Shown in pieces: positions 1 through 7,581 of a stretch of DNA of 14,562 nucleotides (positions are counted from its first letter, which is position 1; each line of letters opens with the position of its first letter). The notes below the pieces were generated by a model. It searched no databases, was not told where the DNA came from, and was given only the letters and a program-made list of their open reading frames with translations. Source of the stretch: a virus (taxonomy: Duplodnaviria; Heunggongvirae; Uroviricota; Caudoviricetes); IMG/VR virus record IMGVR_UViG_2695420651_000023, positions 1-14,562 of that record, one strand, 5' to 3'. The position numbers and the translations under genes are program-made.

Positions 1-23
1 GGCAGAAGCAGAAAAAGCTTATT

Positions 24-701
24 ATGCTTCCATCAGAAACGATGATCTGGCAGCCTGAGTTCACAGATAAAACACTCTCCAGGAAAACCGGGGCGGTTCA
101 TTTTGCTGCTCTACTTCCGGGGTTTTTGGCACTCAATAATTCTGTATGGGCAAGTGATTTGCCTGGTATGACTCTTAATGAACATGATTTAGTGATAGCC
201 CCACTTAACACCGAAGTTCCATTCTACATTGCAGGGCATCGCAGTCATAGCTCCCATCGGAGCCATAGTTCTCACCGTTCATCATCAGGTGGCGGGTACT
301 ATGGTGGCAGCACTCCCTATTATCCAAAAACATACAGCTCACCAAGTTCATCTGGGTCTTCAAGTTCAGGAACAAGTCCCTCATCGTCCTCTTCCTCTGT
401 GCGTTCGCTTCGTTCTAACGACAATAACAACTCTACTACTACGAATTCTGTTGGAACTACAGAAGCTAACCGTGCAAGTAATGGGCTGACTTCTGGTACA
501 GAGAAGCGTAAGCGCTTAATCATGCGGGTTCAATTCGCTTTGCTGGACAAAGATTATTACAACGGGAATATTGACGGCATAATGGGGCCTTCCACAAGGC
601 AGTCAATAAAAAATTATCGCATTGCGAACGGACTACCAGTGCCCTCAAGTGAAACCTTGGATATACAGTTGTTAAATTCATTAAGTATTTTAGCTCGATA
701 A
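24..701 (+). CDS. secreted His-Xaa-Ser-repeat protein with Ser-rich linker and C-terminal peptidoglycan-binding (PG_binding_1-like) domain
   Basis: N-terminal hydrophobic stretch AVHFAALLPGFLALNNSVWA followed by SD (signal-peptide-like, AXA-type site). Repeat HRSHSSHRSHSSHRSSS. Long S/T/G/N-rich low-complexity linker. C-terminus DGIMGPSTRQSIKNYRIANGLPV resembles PG-binding domain. Reading frame is open upstream to the window edge, so the true start could be 24, 42, or outside the window. Confidence 0.6.
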   Translation: MLPSETMIWQPEFTDKTLSRKTGAVHFAALLPGFLALNNSVWASDLPGMTLNEHDLVIAPLNTEVPFYIAGHRSHSSHRSHSSHRSSSGGGYYGGSTPYYPKTYSSPSSSGSSSSGTSPSSSSSSVRSLRSNDNNNSTTTNSVGTTEANRASNGLTSGTEKRKRLIMRVQFALLDKDYYNGNIDGIMGPSTRQSIKNYRIANGLPVPSSETLDIQLLNSLSILAR

Positions 702-769
702 ATTAAGTATATTAAAAATTTTTCACTTTAACATTAACTTGTATGAATATATATTTCAGAGGCGATTAA

Positions 770-2581
770 ATGTCAGTCAGCTATAACATATATAGAATGC
801 CATATAAGAGTCTTCCAGAATTGACAAAAAAAATCATTAAAGAAGGGCTTGTCGAACAAAAAACTATTCTACATCAATCTTATCAACTCAAATTTTATTT
901 TTCTGATAAATTAAAAGGAAATGAAGTATGGTGGTGGGATGTTTTTAGTGATTTCTTCAATGAAGAAATTGAAAAGCCTCATAATATATTCTATTTTGGC
1001 CTGCTAATAGGATTTAAAGAAAAGGACCCTGAGAATTGCTATCTTATCAGTCTTGGTAAATCACATTTTTATCTCAGCAAGTTTATTGAAGCAGACTTTG
1101 GGCTGAATGTGGCAATGCGTATAGCTAATGATGAAAATATTTTACTCAAGAAAAGCAGATTCTTTTGTGGGGGAAAGAGTCAGGAGGCATCCTCATACTC
1201 ACAGTTTGTTCAAGGAGCATATTTTCCTGGCGAATCCATCGAGCATCTCAAAACAAAAGCCAAAGAAACTGACAAGTGGGGATGTAATAATATAACTTTT
1301 TCTGATTCAATTCAGCTAAGTTTGGATGGTGCTCCTACTGCATTAGTCGATGTTTTCAATGATATTGATTCTTCGTTGGCAACCAAAGAGAAAATCGAAT
1401 TTCCTAAATCGGAAAAAATCACTGACGAGTCAAAGATAGATGAGCTTGATAATTGTCTACTTCAATCGATCATTACAGATGATGCAAAAGTTATTATTGA
1501 TGAGATTCAATCTTTTGGTGCCTCTATTGTAATTAATAATTCTTTGACATTTTTTAAATTGCACACAAAAGTTGAGGGGAGTGGAAAGTATCTTCAATCA
1601 TCAGATAAAATTAATGACATAAAAATAGCAGATGTAAAGAAATTCATAAAAAATAACAACATAAAAGATGTCAATAAAGTTTTTGTTAAGATAACTAATG
1701 AAAATAACAGTGGTCATACAGCCTCGTTAAAAGAAATATTGAGCATTACTTATAGCGAGGGCAGCGAGCACTTCTTCCTTAAGAGGGGAGGATGGAGTCG
1801 ATTTAACTCTGCTTTTATGAAGTATTTGTCTACTTCTTTAGCCAGTATAAAATTTGAGGTTAAAGATGCTCTTAAGGAAGACGACTTCAAAGTATGGCAA
1901 GCTGAAAAAATAAAACAAATCGCAGAAGGAACTTCTAAAGACAAATTAGAATATAGAGAATATTATTTTAATGAAAAGATGTCTGATGAGAAAGGTTATA
2001 TACTTCTAGATCGCCAGCTAAAAAAAATACCATCCTTACGTGATAATGGCAAGGACTACAATGTTGAAGTTGCAGATCTTTATAAAAATGGAGAGATTAT
2101 TGCTGTAAAGATATCAGATAAACCGCATGATCTAATTTATAATATTGAACAGTCAAAAACCACAATTCAAACTATAGTAAGAGGAGTAGTAAAATTTGAA
2201 GAGACAATTACTGATGTGGTTTTATGGATCTCAACTACTACAAAAGCTAAAAAATTAATTGACATCAATTCTATTCAATTTTTATTAGCGGTTCAAACTT
2301 GGAAGGAAGTTGTTGAAGGATTTAATCTGAAACCAAAGATATATTATTCACATCACGATAAACCCCAAAAGAAAAAGGGAAAGAAAAAAACGCATCTTAA
2401 ATCTGAACTTAGAATTGGTTATGGAGAAAGATATCAGGTTATAGCGTCTCAGTATCGCTCCAATATTTGTGTGGATTATGTATCACCGATACTACCAAAA
2501 TTATTATGTTTTAGGTATGGTGATTTACCGCCATACCTCTTTTGTATTTATCTCGCAATGATGTTGTTTACTTTTGTTTAA
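770..2581 (+). CDS. hypothetical protein, 603 aa, AT-rich orphan; candidate defence/abortive-infection protein
   Basis: Long uninterrupted ORF with SD GAGG 7 nt before the ATG. K/N/I-rich composition and very low GC. No TM segments and no catalytic motif (Walker A, HNH, RT YxDD) recognisable by eye. Confidence 0.7.
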   Translation: MSVSYNIYRMPYKSLPELTKKIIKEGLVEQKTILHQSYQLKFYFSDKLKGNEVWWWDVFSDFFNEEIEKPHNIFYFGLLIGFKEKDPENCYLISLGKSHFYLSKFIEADFGLNVAMRIANDENILLKKSRFFCGGKSQEASSYSQFVQGAYFPGESIEHLKTKAKETDKWGCNNITFSDSIQLSLDGAPTALVDVFNDIDSSLATKEKIEFPKSEKITDESKIDELDNCLLQSIITDDAKVIIDEIQSFGASIVINNSLTFFKLHTKVEGSGKYLQSSDKINDIKIADVKKFIKNNNIKDVNKVFVKITNENNSGHTASLKEILSITYSEGSEHFFLKRGGWSRFNSAFMKYLSTSLASIKFEVKDALKEDDFKVWQAEKIKQIAEGTSKDKLEYREYYFNEKMSDEKGYILLDRQLKKIPSLRDNGKDYNVEVADLYKNGEIIAVKISDKPHDLIYNIEQSKTTIQTIVRGVVKFEETITDVVLWISTTTKAKKLIDINSIQFLLAVQTWKEVVEGFNLKPKIYYSHHDKPQKKKGKKKTHLKSELRIGYGERYQVIASQYRSNICVDYVSPILPKLLCFRYGDLPPYLFCIYLAMMLFTFV

Positions 2582-2984
2582 GTCTTCTAAGCTTCATACT
2601 TTCTAATGAGAATAATAATAGAGTTGTGCTGTATATAAAACCAGAGTTAGTTAATAACTTTAAATTTAATGCTTCAGGATTTTCACTGAGAAAATGAAAG
2701 GCATAAACTAAGTATACAGCTAAAGCAGCCGTTCCAATTGTTGGTCCAATATCGCCTTGATCATGAGGTTCAAGGTTTACATTGAATTTAAAGATTAGCC
2801 ATTCAAATCCCCAAGTAAAAAAAACAACTAATATCATGGCTGCGAATAATTTCGCGATGTTATCTGCTGATGGATTCATCAGAACAGATTGTTTCTGAAA
2901 AAATTCACAAAGTGAGAGTCCGAAAAAAATAAAAAAAAGTGGTCTGGAACTAAATTTTTCAAAAACTTTGAATAGGGTTTCCAT
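2568..2984 (-). CDS. small integral membrane protein, 138 aa, about 4 predicted TM helices
   Basis: Four hydrophobic stretches (LFFIFFGLSLCEFF, AAMILVVFFTWGFEWLIF, IGTAALAVYLVYAFHFL, IYSTTLLLFSL). Starts 38 bp downstream of the int stop on the same strand. Its 3' end overlaps the convergent 603-aa gene by 14 bp. Confidence 0.55.
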   Translation of the reverse strand: METLFKVFEKFSSRPLFFIFFGLSLCEFFQKQSVLMNPSADNIAKLFAAMILVVFFTWGFEWLIFKFNVNLEPHDQGDIGPTIGTAALAVYLVYAFHFLSENPEALNLKLLTNSGFIYSTTLLLFSLESMKLRRLKQK

Positions 2985-3022
2985 TTTCTTTACCTTCAGG
3001 ATTATATTAGCTATTCTGATAC

Positions 3023-4252
3023 TTAGGCTACCAGAGCATTTGATCTTTGAGCTTGAACGTAATCACTCCACCATTGCATCAAACTCTGTCGCTCTATCAG
3101 ATATTCTGCACGATTGTATGCTGCGATAATTTCATCTTTTTTCGAGTGGGCAAGCGCTGCCTCAAGAACTTCAGCTCTGAATTTACCAGACTCCTCTGCC
3201 GCTGTTCGCGCAATAGAACGCATACCGTGAGCTACAAGCTCGCCTCCGAACCCCATTCGGATGATAGCTGCGTTGGCTGTTTGTTCATGCATATGATTAA
3301 GAGGCGCTTTAATGCTGGGGAAAACCCATTCTCTATGCCCACTTATTGATTTCATTAATTCAAGGATGCGCAAAGCTTCTTTACTCAAAGGAACTTTGTG
3401 AGGCTTTTTCATTTTCATGAAATCAGCAGGAATGTTCCAAATGCTGTTGGTTGTATCAATATCAGACCATCTTGCGCGAACGGCTTCACCCGGACGAACC
3501 CATGTCAACAATTGCCATTCAATTAGCATACGTGTTTCCAACCGGATTGACGCATTCGTCAAAGATTCCATAAACCTTGGCAATTCGCTTGGGGGAAGGG
3601 CAGGCATATTTTGCTTTTTTGGTTTACTGAATCTTTGACCAAGGTTGTCAGCCGGGTTGAACTCAATAAGTTCTTCAGTAGCTGCCCACCTGAAGATTTC
3701 ATTCAGACGTGAAATGATACGGCGTAGAGTTTCCAATACGCCTCGTTGCTTAATAGGATCAAGGTGTTGTTTTAAGAGCTTAGGCCGGATCTCATTGATA
3801 GGGACATTACCCAGACCAGGAAAGACATTTCTCTCTAAGCTGCGCCAGATGTCTGCTGCATGGTCTTGTGAGATACCTGATGTCTTTACCTTCTCATCTA
3901 ACCATTTCCGCGCTACGGCTTGGAGAGTGTGCTCAGTAGCACTCTTTAATGCCTTCGCCTTATCGTTGTTATGGATTTGTGGATCAACACCATTTGCCAG
4001 AAAGGAAAGATATTCATCACGTAAGGCTCTGGCTCTTGCCAGTGTAAGGTGAGGATAGGTCCCAAGGCTCATTTTGGTTCTTTTTTTACTCACTGGCACT
4101 GCATACCTGAAATACCAATTCTTCTTTCCTCCTTTCGAGAGGGGAGCGATTCGTAGTATCAAACCATCTCCGTCAAACAAGTTGATTTCTTTGTCGGCTG
4201 GCTTGGTGCTTTTGATTTCAGTGTCAGTGAGCTTCTTAGCGATTTTTGCCAT
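3023..4252 (-). CDS. int: tyrosine recombinase, P4-family integrase (N-terminal arm-binding domain)
   Basis: N-terminus MAKIAKKLTDTEIKSTKPADKEINLFDGDGLILRI...WYFRY is typical of P4/CP4-57 IntA-type integrases. Start moved from 4294 to the ATG at 4252, which has SD GAGGG 7 nt upstream. C-terminal catalytic region contains R...H..R and a Tyr-containing segment. Confidence 0.9.
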   Translation of the reverse strand: MAKIAKKLTDTEIKSTKPADKEINLFDGDGLILRIAPLSKGGKKNWYFRYAVPVSKKRTKMSLGTYPHLTLARARALRDEYLSFLANGVDPQIHNNDKAKALKSATEHTLQAVARKWLDEKVKTSGISQDHAADIWRSLERNVFPGLGNVPINEIRPKLLKQHLDPIKQRGVLETLRRIISRLNEIFRWAATEELIEFNPADNLGQRFSKPKKQNMPALPPSELPRFMESLTNASIRLETRMLIEWQLLTWVRPGEAVRARWSDIDTTNSIWNIPADFMKMKKPHKVPLSKEALRILELMKSISGHREWVFPSIKAPLNHMHEQTANAAIIRMGFGGELVAHGMRSIARTAAEESGKFRAEVLEAALAHSKKDEIIAAYNRAEYLIERQSLMQWWSDYVQAQRSNALVA

Positions 4253-4349
4253 TTTGGGACCCTCGGTTTTTGGACCCTTCTTAGTGGGTCTCATTCAGGG
4301 TGCCATAACTCGTAGTTCTCAGCAATTCTCACTGGACGACAATAGACGT

Positions 4350-4381
4350 AAAAAAGCCCGCAGAGCTTGTGCTGTGCGGGC
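4350..4381 (-). terminator. rho-independent terminator on the minus strand, between the ssrA fragment and int
   Basis: Plus strand reads AAAAAA + GCCCGCAGAGC + TTGT + GCTGTGCGGGC (11-bp stem, one mismatch). On the minus strand this is hairpin followed by TTTTTT. Confidence 0.5.
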
Positions 4382-4417
4382 TTAGTAGACTTCATTGTAC
4401 TTCAAACAACTAAAAAG

Positions 4418-4464
4418 TGGTGGAGCTGGCGGGAGTTGAACCCGCGTCCGAAATTCCTACATAC
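4418..4464 (-). repeat. ssrA: 3'-terminal ~47 nt of ssrA (tmRNA), att core repeat; not a complete tmRNA gene
   Basis: Reverse complement reads ATGTAGGAATTTCGGACGCGGGTTCAACTCCCGCCAGCTCCACCA, the acceptor/T-arm end of enterobacterial tmRNA as I recall it. Sequence further upstream (4465 onward) is unrelated to tmRNA. Confidence 0.8.
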
Positions 4465-4612
4465 CATTTTTACCATAACAAAAACATTAAGTTTCGTTTA
4501 AAATCAGTCTGTTATTGTTATTTTGTGTTTGTCCGTTTTACGCTTTTTTAATGTTCTGCCGCCAAAATGCCGCCACATTGTAGGTATTAAGTCTGCTATT
4601 TATCACCTGTTG

Positions 4613-5509
4613 TTAAGACACGCGGGCATCGTACCCATACAAGTCTTGAAAGCATGAGTAAAACAATTCTTGATTGTTGAGTTCGCCCTTTGTTTCCGGT
4701 ATTTCACTCTGTAGAAAATTTTTATTAATTGTCCACTCAATAGCTAAAGTATTAGTGTAGTTTGTTGAACTACTAATTTTAGCATTATTAGGATGAAAAA
4801 GTTGCTGTATAAATTCAATATCTGAATCAAGTGAAATAAAATGTATGTTTGCATTATCTTTTAATCTATCATCAAATCTAAGTTGGATAGTGGTTTTGTA
4901 ATGATTAAAATCAGCAATTGGGTTATAAGATGAAAAATTTTTACTTTTAAATTTTAATATCTTCTCAGCTCGTTGGCTTCCAAAGATATACATCAGAGCT
5001 ACAATTGTAAACGGTTGGTTTTTAAATTCATTAAACTCGTTTACTATCTCTTTAAACTCATAATATGTATTCTCTCGTTGTTCTACTTTCTTTGTTTCCC
5101 CTATTTTTTCTTGTAGCTTATCAAGGAATTTTGTTTTTTTATCTATTAATCTGTCAGTTTCTTTTTCATATATTATTTTTGATAGTTTATTTACATTGGA
5201 TGTTAGGAAATCATAATCAGTGTTAGCTTCTTTAATAAATGATTTTACAATTTCACTATCCTCTATAATTAATTTTCTTATTTTTTTATTAGGTGTTTTT
5301 ATGATTTCTAATTTGCCGTTACTGTCAAGTTTTTTATGGGTTTTTCCTTCTATTATTGATAGTAAAGGTGAGAAAGTATTTCCTTTGATATCTAATGCTT
5401 TTAATTTATTAAGCATATCAATTCTATTAGGTTCTGGGATATTAGAAGAATTGTTGTGCTTATTCATTAGATCAATTATGTTTCGATCTAAAAGGTAGAG
5501 CTCTGTCAT
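4613..5509 (-). CDS. hypothetical protein, 298 aa, AT-rich moron between prophage int and att
   Basis: ORF begins 12 bp downstream of the int stop on the same strand. K/N/I/E-rich, very low GC. No TM segments or recognisable motifs. Confidence 0.7.
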   Translation of the reverse strand: MTELYLLDRNIIDLMNKHNNSSNIPEPNRIDMLNKLKALDIKGNTFSPLLSIIEGKTHKKLDSNGKLEIIKTPNKKIRKLIIEDSEIVKSFIKEANTDYDFLTSNVNKLSKIIYEKETDRLIDKKTKFLDKLQEKIGETKKVEQRENTYYEFKEIVNEFNEFKNQPFTIVALMYIFGSQRAEKILKFKSKNFSSYNPIADFNHYKTTIQLRFDDRLKDNANIHFISLDSDIEFIQQLFHPNNAKISSSTNYTNTLAIEWTINKNFLQSEIPETKGELNNQELFYSCFQDLYGYDARVS

Positions 5510-5521
5510 AATAATTACCTT

Positions 5522-6547
5522 TTAATTAGTAGAAAAAAGAGTGGCTAAAGGATTTTTTGTCACCGCATCTTCAAGATGCTCTGGTGCGAAATGAGCATAA
5601 ATCATGGTCATTTTTATATCGGTATGGCCTAAAATTTCTTTAAGCACAAGTATATTACCGCCATTCATCATAAAGTGGCTGGCGAATGTATGGCGTAGCA
5701 CGTGGGTGCATTGTCCTTCTGGCAGTTCGATACCGGCCCGCTTTACTGCCCGCTCAAAGGCTTTTCTGCATGGTGTGAATAATTTCCCTCTATTTTTGGG
5801 AAGTTCGTCATACAGATCCTGAGATATTGGCACGGTACGGTTTTTCTTGCCCTTCGTCTTGGTGTATGTGATGCGGTATTTTGACAACTGGTGTCCCTGC
5901 AGATTTTCTGCTTCACTCCAGCGTGCTCCGGTGGCCAGGCATATTTTTGCAATCATCAGCAGGCTGGGGCTTTGAGAATCTGCGCAGGCATCCAACAGGC
6001 GCTTGATTTCGTCCATGGAAAGAAAGGCCAGCTCACCTTCAGCAATTTTAAATGTAGGAAGTCCTGCCAGTGGGTTTGGTGCTGACCAGTGTCCCAGCTT
6101 TTTCAGTGTGCCAAAAACCGATGACAGGTTGCGTTGTTCAAGATTTACCGTGCGGGGCTTAACAGGCGACATAAGCGCGCCATCTTCATTTCGCACTTCA
6201 CCCTTTAGCCGTGCTTCCCGGTATTTCGTAAAATCACCGGCGGTCAGTTCTGAAGCGATGGGATCGCCCAGACCATTACAGATAATTTTAAGTTTCGCCA
6301 TCAGGCGTTTGGGGTCAGCAAGCGTCTGCCCGTAAAGTGAGTACCATTGTTCAATCACTTCTGACAAATGTCGCCGATCTTCCTTTTCCCCCAGCCACGG
6401 TTTTTTGTTCACTTCTTCCATTGTGAAACGTTCAAACGCAATGGCTTCGCCTTTTGTCGCAAATTGTTTACGTACGCGTTTGCCATCTCGCCCGTTTGGG
6501 TAGCATTCACACAACCACTTTCCGTTCGGCTGTTTTCTGATCGTCAT
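5522..6547 (-). CDS. int: tyrosine integrase, P2/186 family
   Basis: N-terminus MTIRKQPNGKWLCECYPNGRDGKRVRKQFATKGEAIAFE resembles P2 Int. C-terminal HVLRHTFAS...GH...IYAH catalytic box. Start lies 2 bp after the cI stop. Confidence 0.9.
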   Translation of the reverse strand: MTIRKQPNGKWLCECYPNGRDGKRVRKQFATKGEAIAFERFTMEEVNKKPWLGEKEDRRHLSEVIEQWYSLYGQTLADPKRLMAKLKIICNGLGDPIASELTAGDFTKYREARLKGEVRNEDGALMSPVKPRTVNLEQRNLSSVFGTLKKLGHWSAPNPLAGLPTFKIAEGELAFLSMDEIKRLLDACADSQSPSLLMIAKICLATGARWSEAENLQGHQLSKYRITYTKTKGKKNRTVPISQDLYDELPKNRGKLFTPCRKAFERAVKRAGIELPEGQCTHVLRHTFASHFMMNGGNILVLKEILGHTDIKMTMIYAHFAPEHLEDAVTKNPLATLFSTN

Positions 6548-6549
6548 TA

Positions 6550-7182
6550 TTAGATGCTCTTAATCACTTTTACCACACGCCCTACAACGGCTACGTCATC
6601 AACTGCACATTCAAAGGTTGTTTCTTCCTGATGAACAACAAGCTTATTTCCGGGAATTCGAGCTACTTTTACGATGCTTTTCACTCCATCAATATCAACA
6701 AGCCAAGAGCCATTACTGATCTGTTTTACAGATACATCAACAATAAAACTTTCTGTTGTCGTTTGTATGAATAGATAGTTTGACGAATCGCCCTCAACCA
6801 ACCTGCTATCTAATAAAATTTCGTCATATGATTGAAGTTCACCATTTCTTAATTCTGTGTATTTGATACTGGGAGCTACGATTTTAGAAAGTGGTCTAAT
6901 TGTGACGTCATTATCATTTTTGAGAATGTTTGAGTCACAGTTATCTGCATACATATCACCCTGTCCGGTTGCCAACCAAAGAAGCGAGATCCCGGTTTCT
7001 AGAGCACATTGAATTACCCACTCTGCTGGAAAGCTATCTCTTAAGTATCTGTTTGCCATGGTGCTTTTAGATACTTTTAAGTGTTCGCAGAGTTGTTGGC
7101 GTGAGCTGAAATTGTAGGCTTTTATCAGCCTGTTGATGGCATCACGCCCCCCACTATCGTTTCCACCCTTGATTAGACTCAT
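6550..7182 (-). CDS. cI: CI-type immunity repressor (186-like), N-terminal HTH
   Basis: Start moved from 7314 to the ATG at 7182 (MSLIKGGN...), which has a G-rich SD. HTH-like segment QQLCEHLKVSKSTMANRYL. Sits immediately upstream of int and divergent from the apl-like gene. Confidence 0.75.
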   Translation of the reverse strand: MSLIKGGNDSGGRDAINRLIKAYNFSSRQQLCEHLKVSKSTMANRYLRDSFPAEWVIQCALETGISLLWLATGQGDMYADNCDSNILKNDNDVTIRPLSKIVAPSIKYTELRNGELQSYDEILLDSRLVEGDSSNYLFIQTTTESFIVDVSVKQISNGSWLVDIDGVKSIVKVARIPGNKLVVHQEETTFECAVDDVAVVGRVVKVIKSI

Positions 7183-7300
7183 AATCAAACCCCCCCTGAC
7201 GCATATAAAATGAGATCTTAATATCCATTCATGGTTTGAAAAGCAAAACCAAACCACATAAAACGAGATGATACGATTACAAACTAAGAGATACTGCACT
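7183..7300. promoter_or_regulatory. lysis/lysogeny switch region between cI and the apl-like gene (promoters and operators)
   Basis: 118-bp AT-rich divergent intergenic region. Inverted repeat TGGTTT-N8-AAACCA at 7232..7251. TTGAAA hexamer at 7236..7241. Confidence 0.4.
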
Positions 7301-7549
7301 ATGAGCAACGACATTTCAATTCGTGTACCAAAAGTGATGGCGACACCAGCTGAGTTCGCGGAATGGGAAGGCCGCTCTCGCGGTTCGGTATATCAAATGA
7401 TTCATAATGGAAAACTCGCTAAATTCTTGGAAAGAAAAGAAAAACCGAAAGACAGAGTATGTATACGTTACCTTGAGTACAAAAAGGAACAAGTCAGGAA
7501 AAACATGGGCCAATCCAATTTCAACTTTAATGTCATCGTTGGTGACTAA
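7301..7549 (+). CDS. Apl/Cox-like small HTH protein (excisionase/transcriptional repressor)
   Basis: 82 aa; HTH-like segment ATPAEFAEWEGRSRGSVYQMIHNGKL. First rightward gene opposite cI. Start choice (7301 versus 7268 or 7337) is uncertain. Confidence 0.55.
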   Translation: MSNDISIRVPKVMATPAEFAEWEGRSRGSVYQMIHNGKLAKFLERKEKPKDRVCIRYLEYKKEQVRKNMGQSNFNFNVIVGD

Positions 7550-7581
7550 GTTCAATTATGAGAACTTTCTAAGGGGGCAGC

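Larger units (their letters stand above)
1..4417. mobile_element. ssrA-integrated island with P4-family integrase (CP4-57-like or P4-like satellite remnant); left boundary lies outside the window
   Basis: P4-type integrase starts about 165 bp from an ssrA 3'-end repeat, matching the known ssrA-intA arrangement. Cargo downstream of int is AT-rich (about 30% GC by eye) against roughly 50% GC for the phage core. No psu/delta/sid or alpha genes are visible, so satellite identity is inferred. Confidence 0.55.

Noticed and set aside
229-523. ORFs 229..489 (+) and 320..523 (-) inside the His-Xaa-Ser repeat gene
   Set aside because: Alternative-frame or antisense readings of a low-complexity Ser-rich region with no RBS; shadow ORFs.
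2372-2395. A-rich tracts (for example AAAAGAAAAAGGGAAAGAAAAAAA) in the 603-aa gene as phase-variation switches
   Set aside because: The tracts are interrupted and short (7 As or fewer in a row) and are expected by chance in roughly 30% GC coding sequence. There is no evidence of slippage from a single sequence.
3047-4385. Plus-strand ORFs 3047..3349, 3417..3638, 3645..4052 and 4074..4385
   Set aside because: All lie antisense within, or overlap, the well-supported minus-strand integrase and its terminator. Cys/Arg-rich, non-protein-like composition.
4418-4464. A complete tmRNA (ssrA) gene
   Set aside because: Only the 3' ~47 nt match tmRNA. Sequence 5' of this (4465 onward on the minus strand) has none of the tag-template or pseudoknot regions, so this is an att repeat, not an RNA gene.
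5220-6553. Plus-strand ORFs within int and orf298 (5220..5498, 5604..5822, 5891..6085, 6003..6335, 6368..6553) and minus ORF 5743..5952
   Set aside because: Antisense or alternative-frame shadows of the integrase and the 298-aa gene.
6550-7314. CI as a LexA-like self-cleaving (S24 peptidase) repressor, and the long 254-aa version of the ORF
   Set aside because: No clear Ala-Gly cleavage site or Ser/Lys dyad is recognisable by eye, and the separate LexA-controlled Tum-like operon argues for antirepressor-based induction. The N-terminal 44 codons (LLIVQYLLVCN...) are non-protein-like and lack an RBS.
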